From assembly GCA_964016885.1 (NCBI GenBank), contig OZ024743.1:20150001-20214000 (forward strand): DNA of 64,000 nt. The letters are read 5' to 3'. Within the stretch, counting starts at the first letter, position 1. Each line of letters begins with the position of its first letter. This document shows, piece by piece, positions 26,431 to 40,029 of this stretch. Position numbers and translations under genes: made by a program. The stretch comes from Eledone cirrhosa (lineage: Eukaryota). The notes beneath the pieces are model-generated. The model did no database searches, had not been told where the DNA came from, and worked only from the letters and a program-made list of their open reading frames with translations.

Positions 26431-28539
26431 AGTAATTTGAGTCTTAGAGACTAGGGTGTTTGATTCATAATCATAAGGTCATGCATTCAATTCCCAGCAG
26501 CACATTGTGTCCTTCAGCAACATACTTTATTTCACATTGATCCAGATGTCAAAATTTACATGTATATGTGATTCATGAAGCTAGTGCCATTTCTCTACAT
26601 ACATCTTCATGTTTGTTACTCTAAGAGAATATGTATTCCATATTATTGAAATTACCTGAATCAGGAAATTCTGCTTTGCTAAGAACTGCTATATCAATAC
26701 AGTAAGCTCCATTGCTAATAATGCAATACATCTGTTAGATTTGCCTACCTCTTCACAGTCAAGTATTGCCTTAATATTCCATTATTTTAGTGTCAAAAGT
26801 ATTTTTGTTCTTACTTGATTTTTAACTGCCAAAAGTAGTTTTGACCATACAATATGATTCATGATGATCCAGACATCAACCAACCTGGTATAAATGTGTT
26901 TGTATATACATGTTTCTAATGGCTGCTTGGAAATATTTTTACAAGCATTGCCAGCTTTTTTAAGTCACTAATAACACTAATAACACCATAACATCAATTT
27001 TCCACTGAAAAATGGGTTAAATCAAGTGTGAGTTATGGTCCCATCTGTAGTTGCCTGATTGTTGCTGATAATTGCAAGCAAGCAATAGTTATCAATGTTA
27101 TAATGTGATATAGTATCTTTTAAGGTTTTCTTCCTTGGTCCTTAACTCTAACACAAGAATATACTCCAGGACAGTGATTTAACTATACAAGACAAAGGAT
27201 AATTAATTCCTTGAGGCATTACATATTCACATACCATACTGCTAATACTTTGATTAGTAATAATATTATTGTACAATTTTTCAGATGTTGCTTGTGTATG
27301 ACAGTGTGTTGGATGTCATTAAGATCAAGTCAATTCTGTTATACTTTCCTTTGTGATTTTTTAAATCCAGTGCTAGTTCAACATTGATAGTGATATAATG
27401 CTTCAGTACATGAGTTAGGAACCTTTACTGCTTCTATTAAACTGAGGTATGTTGGCGTATATAAAACAAAACATTACATTATTTATATATCATTTTATGG
27501 ACAACGTAGATGTATGTAGAAAAAGAAAAAGAAAAAACATAATACAATTTTCTACTCGATATAGTATATCATACTTGCTGCTTTTATTATTATGGAACTG
27601 TCTCTCTATATCAATAACTGCTGCCTCTGGTAATGATAAAATGTGACACAATTATGATAAATTATGCCTTTTGCAAAGACAAATAGAATCACCATTATGT
27701 CCAGGCAAAGTGTGTTTGTTATTCAAGCATGGTTGATATAATTACTATCGGAAGTTGAAGTGATATATTTCTGTAAATCAATATATTAAATGTTAGAAAT
27801 TATATTAAACTAAATATAAATGAGAAAGATATGACAGTTTCTATTAACGATACTATTTTTTTAATATTTGTTAGAGGTAGAAGTAACAATAGCAACAGAA
27901 TCAGCTGGAGTGAAGAACTATCTGCAAGATAATTTTGGCTTTCTGTCTAGATATAACAGTTAAACATTCATATCTCTGTTTGACCTTAATTTTTAACTTC
28001 ATATATTAACACTTGAAATACTCTTGGCAATGCTTTCTATAAAAATTTCAGACGATTTTTAAAAGCTAAATATATTCAAATAGCTTTTACTTACCTTTTC
28101 TATTCCCATATTAGGATTCTGCAAGTTAAAACATTTCATAGTTATATATTTCTTTGACCGTTTACAGCAGTGAGCTATACCTACTCAGCCAATGAAGAAG
28201 TCTCTACTCAGTCATCTATTTTCAAGTAATAGTGGTCATATCTCCCTCAAATCACAGGAAGAATATATCGAATAAAGTAATCAAAGATATACTATGTCTG
28301 AAAATAAGATGGTATGATCATGGCTAGGATCATAGGTCTTCTGGATCAGATCCAACTTGAGACTAAGCAACATCAACAGATTATTTATGGTATCTATCTA
28401 AAATTTGATGGGTTGAATTAGTGAGAAATATGTACATTGTTCAGGGACCATCTTAACCATTGATCCATTTACTTTGCATAGGACATAGTGCCCCCCACAA
28501 CCCAACAAATGATGTCTCTTCTCCACTGGTCATGTCTCT

Positions 28540-29150
28540 TGCTTGTCTCTCAGCTGTGAGAAGCAGTGTCCCACAGTGGTCTCAGAGGTAGTTGGTCCAT
28601 CTCTTCAGAAGCCATCCACTTAATCTTGGATTTGGGAAATCTGACCTGTATTAGACATTGATGATTGTTCCTTCATGACTCCTGACTACATGGTCAAACC
28701 ATCTTTGTCTTGAAATTACAACATCTTCAATTTTCTCAGTTAGTCCTACTCTGCTGTTTATATGTACATTGTTCATCAGCTGTCCACTCACTATGCCAAG
28801 CATCACTCTTAGGCGTTTCAGACAACATAAGAGCATGCAGTTTTGCACCTCTTTCTGGGCCATATATGGCTATTGCCAGGATTAGTGCCTTGTAGAGCTG
28901 AACTTTTAGTCTTGAAACATTTTGAGAAAACAAAACTGTAGATCTAAGACAGCCAAATGCTTATGATGCCATGGGTATTTGCTATAGGACATCTGGTCCA
29001 CAGTTTGAGACTATACTCCCTAGGAACTTGAACTCTGTGACTTTGGGAACGTTTTGGTTGTCTATTTTTAGTTTTTTTTATTAAGATCTGGTATCACTGT
29101 ACATTTCTGGTGATTAATTTTCGATCAGCATTTTTAACACCCTTTTTCAA
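28540..29150 (-). pseudogene. Decayed RTE-like ORF2 fragment
   Basis: KFLGSIV, KVQLYKALILAIAIYGPE and RQRWFDHVVR occur in shifting frames. Confidence 0.6.
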
Positions 29151-30746
29151 GTGTAGCAGTAGAAAGCTTGTGTTTTTCAAAAATGTCTAATACCAACTTT
29201 CACTGGGAACCACTCAGTGAGATGCCCTTCAATAAGAACTCAACATCGCATGTTGTCGTTCTTCTTTTTTATATGATTCCCATAGTATATGCTATTGATG
29301 ATATTGTAATGACCAATATGTTGGAGAATCAAATAAAATGTCATTGCAGTATTTCTTCTAGCTCTTTACATTCCGAGTTCAAATCCTGTTGAGGTTAACT
29401 TTGCCTTTCATCCATCAAGGGTTACTAAAATAAGTACCAGTCAAGTATAAGGTTGATTTAACCAGCTTTGCCCTAGCTCAAAACTTGAAGGTCTTGAAAT
29501 CAATATTTTATTGACCAATCATTGAGGGAATTAGTAAAATATGAATAATACACATTAGGATTTTATAATTTTTTACTGTTTATTCAGGGGAAAAGGGCAG
29601 TGCTAATGATCATTTCCAAGTTCTCTGAGGGTGTTAGGAATGTATCATCAAACTAAAGACCAGGCTTGAATGCTTGCAATAGAGTAGATTCTGCTAAGGG
29701 CACCAGTGGGCCAGATAATGGTGTAAACTAGGTGATGGATTAAGTTTACCATTTAAGTAGGCCATAACAGTATTTTAACTCACTAAACAAAGAGTTGGAA
29801 TAAATGCTGAATCTTGTCTGACACTCTAACATTTCTACCAAATCTACCTCCCTTGATTAATACTTTATTTTGAAAACACCAAAAAGGATGAAATGTGAAG
29901 TTGACTATGCTAGGATATGAACTAAACGCACAGAAAGCTGGAATAAATAATACATGGCATGTCATGTTTTAACTCTACCAATTTAATAATTTTTAAGCAG
30001 AAATTAGTGTTAATTTCTTATATAAATATATAATTTGCCACTTTATCTCTACTACAAAGTGACAAGTAAAAATAAGATCTTTATTTTTCTTCAGATATGA
30101 GGTCACAAATTAAATTATAAAATGCTATCAATTTCAATAAAAATTATCTCAGTTATAGAATTATGCATGTGTAATGAATTTAATTATTTCTAAATATATT
30201 TTCTCTCAATCTCTTTTCCTCTAACTATTTCGTGTTCTTTCTGTCCATGCATATTTTTTCAATCTCTCTCTCCTCACCCTGTATAAGCATATGCCGCTTT
30301 CCCCACCATATATATATACACATATATATCATCAGCATCATCATCATCATCATTTAACGACCATTTTTAGACGGATTGACCATGTTAGAAAAACCCCCAA
30401 TGATTAAAGGTTTTCCAACCACCACGGTTCAAATTTTTTGTCTGCCTTACTACGTTGTCCAATATCTCTTCTCTTTTTAGAGTAGAAATTAATGCATGAA
30501 AGATTTTACAGCTCTAGCATCACTCTTTCATAATCAGCCTATGAACTTTTCAGCCAACTCTTGTATGAAGTTACACCTCAAAGGAGGGTTCTTTGGTGTT
30601 TTAATGATAGCTCTCAGTTCTATCGTGATCCCAGTTCTACAATGGAACCCCTGTGTTGTCATAGGCCCCCAGTCCTATGATGAGACCCCTATCCTATCCC
30701 AACTACACTATGATAATTCAAATGAAACTCTTTCTTTCCTTTGTAG

Positions 30747-30868
30747 CTCCTGCACTGGACGTTGACTGGCAGAGTAACACAAGTTTTGCTTCCTGTTCAA
30801 CTGATCAGTGTATACATGTTTGTAAATTAGGTGTGGAAAAACCAATAAAAACATTGCAAGGCCATACA
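30747..30868 (+). CDS. TBL1XR1: Internal coding exon (122 bp, phase 1 to phase 0) of WD40 corepressor TBL1X/TBL1XR1 (Drosophila ebi)
   Basis: Encodes (A)[40 protein letters not shown], close to the TBL1-family peptide as I recall it ([41 protein letters not shown]). Flanked by polypyrimidine TTTCTTTCCTTTGTAG acceptor and GTAAGT donor. Confidence 0.95.
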
Positions 30869-33800
30869 GTAAGTAATGTATTTATATTTTTGTGAATATC
30901 TCATGATGTCAGGTTGATCCCAATTTAGTAGACCTATTATTTAGATCTTTCTAGTCAAGATTATCCTGTTGTTTTCTCCAGGCACAATGCACCCATGACC
31001 ATATTATCCAATGTGCCATACCTTTTTTTTTAATGATAGAATGTGTGATTTGAGGAATATTTGTCTGCTATTTCTAGCAGTTTAAGAGACCATGTAAAGG
31101 ATCTGTTCTTGGTGATTTATTAGACGGATTGACTCACAATATGACAGCTCGTCTAACCCATGTAGCTTGGAAAAAAGGATATTAAACAGTGATGATGATG
31201 ATGATGATGATGTATGTTGAGGGTAGGAAGATATGGTGTTGAATATGTACACTATATAGCTGCATGTCACAAAAGGTGACTACAATGATTACCATCAGAA
31301 AGGGCATCCATTCATAAAATACATCAAAAAGTCCCATCCAACCGTTGCCAGCTTGAAAAAGTACTATGATTAAAGTGTTGAATGACATACTATGAGATAT
31401 CTGGTTTGGCTCTTTGCTTTCAAAGATCAATTTCACCCTCCTATCCCTCACTTCCTGATATATCGGATGAAGCAATGAGACAACTACTTCAGCATCGCAA
31501 TCTCATCAATTTGCATAAATAGAAAACCTGGACTAAAGTGAGATACATGATAGAATAGAAATAAATATGGAAACCTTTATATAATTATGCATAGTCAAGT
31601 TGAGAAAACCAACTGGTGCAGCTCTATGTGGTAATTTGGCTTGTTAGTGATAGCAGCCAAATTCTCTTAAATCAAACCCTACTATCAGGTAAATTCACAG
31701 AACATTTGCCAAACAAATATATTTCAAATAACACTACAGATATTTAAAAATGTAAAATGATGGGAAGGGCATGGGCTCTGGGGTCACAGGAGGATGGGAG
31801 GGGAAGGTGGAGGGTGATGGGCTCTAGGCCTAGGGGCAGAGCATATTAGATAATATATTCATGAATTTATAGCTTGGGTACTTTAAACCTGGTGGATCCC
31901 ATCACGTCTCCTAATCTGAATACAGCTGATTCTTTTTTCCAGAGAAGGAAAGAGATGATGAGAAAGAGTTATAAAAGAAGAATTAACTTCAGTACTGGAC
32001 TGGCACTTTTGCCAGATACATGGCAAATCTTTTAATCCAATGTTCTAATTCGTTCCACTAGATCATGTAGTACTAGATATATAAAGATGGGATGGGCATA
32101 GTTTGAATGTCTGTGAGCCTAGATTTACTCAGTCAGGTATTATCTGGGGTTAACCAATAACACAAATAATAAAATAATAATAAAATAGATTAATTCTTTC
32201 ATTTCTTTAACCATCACACGATAAAGAAAAATTTAGAAATATTCTACGATAGAATTTTAAGAGTATAATTTCCAGTCCAATATATTTTAGGATTGAATTT
32301 CCTATAAAAAGAATAGTTATAAATATCAAAATAAGCTTAAGTAAACTCCTATTACAGAAAAGTTTGTGCACAATTGACAAAATGTCTTACAGATAAATTT
32401 TAACCAAGTTCTCTTCAAAAATTATCCACACTTGACTAAACCACTAATGTAATAACACAGTTTTCAGTTTCCTTAAATTATAAGACAATGTTATACCTTA
32501 ACCACCAACCATAGTATTAACAAAATTTTTAGATAAAAATGGAATCACATAAAAGATCAAAACAATACATGATTGATGTTGAGGAATACATTTTGTCCAT
32601 TTTGCCAAACCAAGGTTCAATAATTTTATTTTTATTTCATTAATATATTTTTTAGTGTTTCTACAATAACAACTTAACAACTTATCATATAAATCAAACT
32701 TTCTTATTGGTCTAAGTTCAATCTAGAATTTGTCTGGTCAAGCAAACCTTTCTTAGAATGGTAGCTGGTTGAAAATTAACCTCACATACAAAATATAGAA
32801 TGAGCAATGTCACCACATATATACAAAATCATCAATAAAGGAGATATTGTAAGAATTCTAAATTGTTTCTTTACACTCTGAACAAAATTCACTATGGTGC
32901 ACATCACACAACAGCAAATTTATAAATAAAGGATGTATGAAGCTGTAACTCGTACTGGAATCATAGGGCTGCCGTAGTGACATGGCATTTTGAGGGCATT
33001 TTAAACTTGGCTGAATCCATCATCTCTCCAAGTTTGAACACAATCAATTTCATCCAAAGGAGAAAGTGATAGAAAGGAAATGAGAAAGAGTTAGAGAGGA
33101 GGAATCGACTCTGGTACTGGACTGGTACTTTTTTTTATAAACTTTGAAAGGATGAAAAGCAAAATTTACCTTGATGAGATTTGAACTCATATGAAAAAAC
33201 CAGAATGAATATTACAAAGCATTATCTCGGATGTTCATATAATTCTGCCAATTCACCACCAAAAAGAGATATAATTGACTAAATCAACTCTGCTATATTC
33301 CTGGTATTTGTTATATCTGTTTCAGAGAAATGACATGAAAAGTAAACTCTCAGATTTTAAATCTCAAAATATAGAAATGTAACTGAATAATGCAAGACCT
33401 TTTCTTTAGCGCTCTATTGTTGCTGCCTTTCACCACTTTGTTTTGCACAAAAATGGATAAAGTCACAAGCAAGGATAGTTATAATATCAATGCCCTAAAA
33501 AGTTCAAGCATACTTTGGTGATTTCAAATCTGAATCAACAACTGACATTTACTTTGAATGCAGTATTAAATAGTGATATAGAATAATTTACCATATATAA
33601 TTTGTGGTTTCCCTGGTTTTGGCACTGCGGATTATATATATACACCTAGTTAATCTGTTCATGGTTTCAAACTTATATAACTTTATGTGTTAACTCTGGA
33701 TGAGAAATTTATTAACTTTTCACACCATTGAGTGCTTTGTGATTGTCCCAGACAATTCAATTGGTATTTGCCCTTATTGTAGTTACAATTTGATTCAATA

Positions 33801-35984
33801 TAATTTTATATATATTATAAGGATTTTCTGCACTAAAATTCTTATAATATTTTAAAATCATAAGCCTATATGTGGACATATACATATGTTTCTGTATCTA
33901 TACATGTGTATATGCAGTTACTTTATGATAAATTTCGGAAATGTTTTACATATTTTTACAGTTCTATTAATTGACTGTACTTGCAGCTTCTGCCTAACTA
34001 TACCCTTTCTGCTTCTGTGAAACCCAGCTTCTCAAGATTTGTACTGAGACAGTTAGTAACATATCCCTAAGTCACAATTATCACAGGCACAAATCTAAAG
34101 GTATAGTCAGGGTGAATAGCAGCAGATTCCTCATTAGTTCACCATAGATGTTCTCCTTTTCGGTAATTATTAGCATTATACTGACATCTTCTTAGCAGCT
34201 GATTTCCACTCCTGTGCCTGCCTTCTTTTCTCTTTTCCTTATTACTATATCTGGTCTGAAATGTTTGTATTTTATTGAGGTTTTGACTGGAACATTCTAC
34301 CTGTACTTTTTCATATTATGTAGGTATATGTCCTCCACATAACTGGCACTTTTTATACATTTATTCTTAGGGCTATCCTTTCTACGGCTATATTGTATAG
34401 TGTTTCTACTATATGATGCCTCATATGTAGATAGCATTCTGATGACATCTTTGGACTGCTGCTTATGATGTTGGTGATATCTCCAATGTTTATTAAGCAA
34501 AATCTGCAACTGTTGTCATATCTAGGTGTTTTTCCTGCAACCCTATCTCTTTTGTGTATTAGGTATTTCGTTATTTCCTGGTTTGGGATTGCAAAAGTAT
34601 ATCCTTCAAAGTGAGAACAAATATAGCAATTGTTAGTCCAAGAAAGACTGTTTTGCTTAGCTATATTACTCTCACTTTGAAGCTTTCTGGCAACATGATT
34701 TTTTGGCTAAGCCTGCAAGTTTTCATCCATGTATGTGGTTGTTTGAGGGATGCAATTATCTACTATGTCATCCAACATATTACTCACCTCACATCCTTGC
34801 TTGCTCTCCCCCTTGGCTTCTCACCACCTGCTCCAAATCAATCTTTGATCTTTAGTTTTATTCATATCTTCTGGAGCTTGAACAAGGAAATATTATATTC
34901 TACATCTCACACTTTAAAATGTTAGTGATGGTACCACAAAATAAGGAACTCGGTGTCCACCTTATCAGGTGATAGTGGTGGTGCCACAAGAAAAAGAACC
35001 CTATAAACACTGTGAAATGGTTAGCATTAATAAGGGTATCTAACTGTTGAAAACATGTCAAAATGGAACAAATGAACAAGAAAATTGTTTGGCTTGTTTG
35101 TTTAGTCCCAAAATGTAACAACCTGTCTGATCCATGCAAGCACAGAAAATAGATGAAAAATGGTTATAATGATGGTGATGGATATCTATGGCAAATGAAC
35201 TTTTCAAATCTCATCAATATGTTGTCTATTTTTTTGCCAATGTTGGCTCGCCAGTTTTCTTGGATTTGGATTTTACTCTATTTTAATAATGGAATAATAT
35301 ATTAAGAAAATAATATATTATTGCTTAAAGAAAATTCTTTTTTAAGTTGGACTTTTCAGAATAGCTAGGTCAGGGAACTTGTAAAAATGTTAGTTTTCAA
35401 ATAACCAGTTGTTAAAAGTTTGACAGCTCAACTCTGTATATATACTATCATCATCATTTTACATCTGCTTTCTATATTGGCATGGACTGGATGTGTTGTT
35501 ACATTCTTAGTCAGTTCATATCTGAAGTTACTGCTCTCCCAGATGTGTTGGATGACCATATCTGAATCGTATTCTCAAGCTTTGGAATACTTGCTATAGC
35601 ACTTTTGCAATCCAACTAATTTACAGAGTGTACTGGACACATTTTATCATTGCACAGACACTAGAAACATTTTTTGTCTACAGATACAAGCACCTTTAAC
35701 ATAGTTCTCAGGGAGATTCAGTGTGATACTGTCTGATATTTTGGCTAGCTGAGACAACTGAAGTATGGTGAAATATAGTGCTATGCTCATGAACAAATCA
35801 CATAAACACTAAGCCAGAGACCTTCACACACACACACACATACACCCACCCACACACACACACACACATATATGTATATATGGGTATGTGTGTTTCATCA
35901 TCATCATCATCATCATCATCATTTTACATCAGCTTTTGATGATGATGTATATATGTATATATATATATAAAGTAGAATGTTATT

Positions 35985-36270
35985 CAAAGGCAAACATTCC
36001 TAGGCTTCCACATCCTCCCTGCAGCCCAGATATAGCTCCATGTGGTTTCTTCTTCTTCCCTAATTTGAAATCAAAGTTGAAGGGAGATAGTTTGGGGACT
36101 GTGGAAAATATACAAAAAATTGTAACCCCCAAGCTATGGATGCTCACAGAAAATGACTTCCTGCACTGTTACAATCAATGGAAAAAACATTGGAACCACT
36201 GTGTGACTTCATGTATGTCCAATATACATTTAAATAAAACATCAGTACCCTTACTTTTGGAACAAAATTC
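35985..36270 (+). pseudogene. Mariner (Tc1/mariner) transposase C-terminal remnant
   Basis: LPHPPCSPDIAPCGFFFFPNLKSKLKG...CYNQWKKHWNHCV matches the mariner HPPYSPDLAPxDF...W..RW..CV signature. The catalytic D is lost. Confidence 0.85.
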
Positions 36271-36770
36271 ATATCTGATAATCCTGGGATATATGGTCTA
36301 TAAATCCTGTACTCAAAAAATTAACTACTTTAAATATTATTGCCATCATTATTGATGGCACATATTTATTAGTAATAAGCTTAACAGTTGAGCACTCACA
36401 TAGAATTTCAAAAATTAATGATTTATACAGCAGTAACATATCACATTCTTATTTATTTCATTTATCTCTATTTATTTTCAAATTATTATAATTTAATGGT
36501 ATGTACGATTTTTATATTTACATTAACTGTGATTTCCAAGTGGGAATATAGCTGTATAGACGCCCTAAAATAGATTGATACTATAACTATATACATACAT
36601 ATTTATAAATAATTAGTACGATTATAAATTTTCTGGTTATATGTGTGTGTGCTTGTATCTGTACATGTGCATGTTTGAATCTGTACATATACATATGCAC
36701 ATGTATATGGGTCTATATATATATATTATATTTATCACATATATATATATCATCATCATCATCATTTTAC

Positions 36771-36825
<55 letters not shown>

Positions 36826-36856
36826 TGTACAGCCGACCATGTTATTCTTCAATCTT

Positions 36857-36903
<47 letters not shown>

Positions 36904-37132
36904 AATATATATATCCACTTCAGTTTACAAATATGTAGGAAAAGTATTCTATATAGAAGCAATGTATAGTTAATTGTAGTGTTAATATTACTTTTCATTA
37001 CTAGTCAGTGTTTTACAAATGAATGCCATTGGTCATACAAGGCACAATGTGCGTAACATAGCTTCATATCATAGTTATTGAAATAGAAATACTTAAAAAA
37101 CTATAAATTACCTATAAAAATTACATATATAA

Positions 37133-37316
37133 TAATTGTTTCTACTTTTGGCACAAGGCCAGCAATTACCCAGTACATTACTGGTACTTTATTTTATCGA
37201 CCCCGTAAGGATGAAAGGCAAAGTTAACCTTGGCGGGATTTGAACTCAGACCGTAAAGGGACGTAACTATGCTGGAAAGCATGGCGTCCGACTCTCTACC
37301 GATACTGCCAATCCAC
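37133..37316 (-). mobile_element. tRNA-derived SINE, family A (near consensus)
   Basis: Clean full-length reverse-complement copy. Confidence 0.88.
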
Positions 37317-37345
37317 ATATATAATAATAATAATAGTATATATTA

Positions 37346-37807
37346 TGGCTTAGTGGTTAGAGCATTGGCCTTGCAATCGAAAGGATGTGAGTTCAATTCT
37401 CAGACCGGGTGATGTGTTGTTTCCTTGAGCAAGACACTTTATTTCACATTGCTCCAGTTTACTCAGCTGTAGAAATGAGGTTAGTGTTAGGAAGGGCATC
37501 CAGCTGTAGAAATCAAGCCAGAATCAGTTCCTGAATGAGCAAGACAAGGTCAGCCAATTAGACACTGCCCGCAAGAGGACAATCTCATTTACAGTGAGTG
37601 CTGGGTGATTTTTTGCCGTGGCACCTCCACGACCACATTGCAGTGGAATAATAGGGACTCCAGTCCCTATCATCTCATTTCTACAGCTGAGTAAACTGGA
37701 GCAATGTGAAATAAAGTGTCTTGCCAAGGAAACAACACATCACCCGGTCTGAGAATTGAACTCACAACCTTTTGATTGCAAGCCCAATGCTCTAACCACT
37801 AAGCCAT
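37346..37807. mobile_element. Tail-to-tail inverted pair of family B SINEs
   Basis: 37346-37479 (+) is almost the exact reverse complement of 37673-37807. Confidence 0.85.
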
Positions 37808-38326
37808 GAACCTATATATATATATATATGTATGTATTTATAAATATTTTTGTATATATATCGTTATATTTTAGTAGAGTCATGCTGGCAATAAAAACAC
37901 ACACATCTGTTGGTTTTCACTTCACTTTATTACAAATTTCCAGTTGGTTAGTTTAATAACTGGATCGTTGTTTAATTGTTTATTGTGAAAGCTCTTTTGT
38001 CACATTCTGTGACCTCCTCAGTGAATAATTTGTTATTTTGTGTCTCTCCTTTGTTCTGCCCTACATCATCTTGTTTTTGTGAACTGTGTGTTTATGTATT
38101 GGGGTGAAGGGTGTGATTGGTTTTTACTTTGTCTTGTACATACACACATACATATATATGTGTGTAAGCACACACAGACATACACACAAAAATAATTCAT
38201 TTCCTGTAAAACTACTCAATGTTTCTTGTTTATATGTGCATTTCTATATTAATCTATTTTCTCTTTCTGCCTGTATATCTATCCTCCTCCTTCTTCTTCT
38301 TCTTCTTCTTGAGAGAGAGAGAGAGA

Positions 38327-38359
<33 letters not shown>

Positions 38360-38364
<5 letters not shown>

Positions 38365-38790
38365 CATGGGGGCAGAGTCCTCAAACACTTCTTCTAGCAG
38401 GTCCTGTCAGAAGCAACTCTCTCCAACTGATTCAGCTGAATCCCCAAGGGTTTTTCACCTGGTTTACCCTTGGGTCTCTTGCTGGCTGGTTTTGCTTGGA
38501 AAATCTGTCCAGCGATTCTTTCCTGAGACATTCTAATCACATGCCCATACTACCGGAGCTGTGATCTCTTAATTCACCTGGAGTGACTCTCTGAGTTACG
38601 CACTCTATCTAGTAACATTACTCCAAAGACCCTTTGGAGGAACCCCATTTCAGTTGCTTGTATTCATGATCATATTATTTCAATCATTTATGACCATAGG
38701 TAAGTGTTGGCATGAATACCGCATTGATAATAGTGAGTTTGGCTTTTACACCTACATCCCTTCTGATTACCGAATGTTGAAGCTGGTACA
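38360..38790 (-). pseudogene. RTE-like LINE 3' remnant ending at a (GA)n tract
   Basis: Minus-strand KAKLTIINAVFMPTLTYGH is an RTE ORF2 C-terminal motif. Confidence 0.65.
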
Positions 38791-39185
38791 TTACTGCACG
38801 AGCTCCTGCAATTCTTGCACATGAGAACAACAATGGAAAAAGCAACAGCCACACTGTAAAGTGGTTGTATAGGTGCCACAACAAAAAGCACCCAGCCCAC
38901 ACTATTATTTGATCATGTAGGTGATATGACAAAAAGCACCCAATCCATGCTATAAAGTGGTCATATAGGTGTCATGACAAAACTGTAACACACTGTAAAT
39001 GTGGTTGGCATTAGGAAGAGCATCAATCTGTAGAAACCAAGCCAAATCCAGTTCTGTAAGTGTAAGACATGGTCATCTGACCTGGCTTCTCTCACTATGG
39101 GGCAACTTATCTAACCCATGCTAGCATGGAAAAATGGATGTTAAATGGTAATGATGAAGATTATGATGATGAGGATATACATGAA

Positions 39186-39312
<127 letters not shown>

Positions 39313-39392
39313 GCAAATTAGGCTGCTCAGCCGTTAATTTTCATAAGGAAAGTATATACTTTCGAACGTTCAACCATCTGGCAGAAAGGTAT

Positions 39393-39435
39393 ACGGTGCT
39401 GACGATAGCTAATAAGCTTGAAACTAGTACATCGT
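39393..39435 (+). ncRNA. Minimal type I hammerhead ribozyme (copy 1)
   Basis: Stem I ACGGTG/CATCGT, core CTGACGA, stem II (T)AGCT-AATA-AGCT(T), GAAA and palindromic stem III ACTAGT. Cleavage triplet GUA, predicted cut after 39429. Confidence 0.85.
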
Positions 39436-39830
39436 TCCTGTTTCAGTGTTGAACAAAAAGGTGACGTGGTTGCCTAAACACTGTACGGCGTAATTCAGGC
39501 TGTTTGTTTACAAACGAACAAACCGAGCATTATAATAAATGTTCGGTAAACTGATACGTGCATATATATATGTGTGCCCGTATATATATATATACATGCT
39601 ACTGTACGTCTGTATACATATATGTATGTACGTATACATACATACTTACATTTAAGTAAGTGCTGTACTAAGAGTGAGAAATGAAATTTCGTTTCATTCT
39701 ATTCCATTTATCGTTTTCGGTGCGCCTGGCCGACTGAACTCACTCGATATGCAAATTAGGCTGCTCACCCGTTAATTTTCATAAGGAAAGTATATACTTT
39801 CGGACGTTCAACCATCTGGCAGAAAGGTAT

Positions 39831-39873
39831 ACGGTGCTGACGATAGCTAATAAGCTTGAAACTAGTACATCGT
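39831..39873 (+). ncRNA. Minimal type I hammerhead ribozyme (copy 2)
   Basis: Identical to 39393-39435. Predicted cut after 39867. Confidence 0.85.
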
Positions 39874-40029
39874 TCCTGTGTCAGTGTTGAACAAAAAGGT
39901 GACGTGGTTGCCTAAACACTGTACGGCGTAATTCAGGCTGTTTGTTTGTTGACAAACGAACAAACCGAGCATTATAATAAATGTTCGGTAAACTGATACG
40001 TGCATATATATATATGTGTGCCTGTATGT

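Noticed and set aside
36637-36973. IYIY-rich ORFs (also 39126-39452 and 43664-43928)
   Set aside because: Translations of (TA)n microsatellites.
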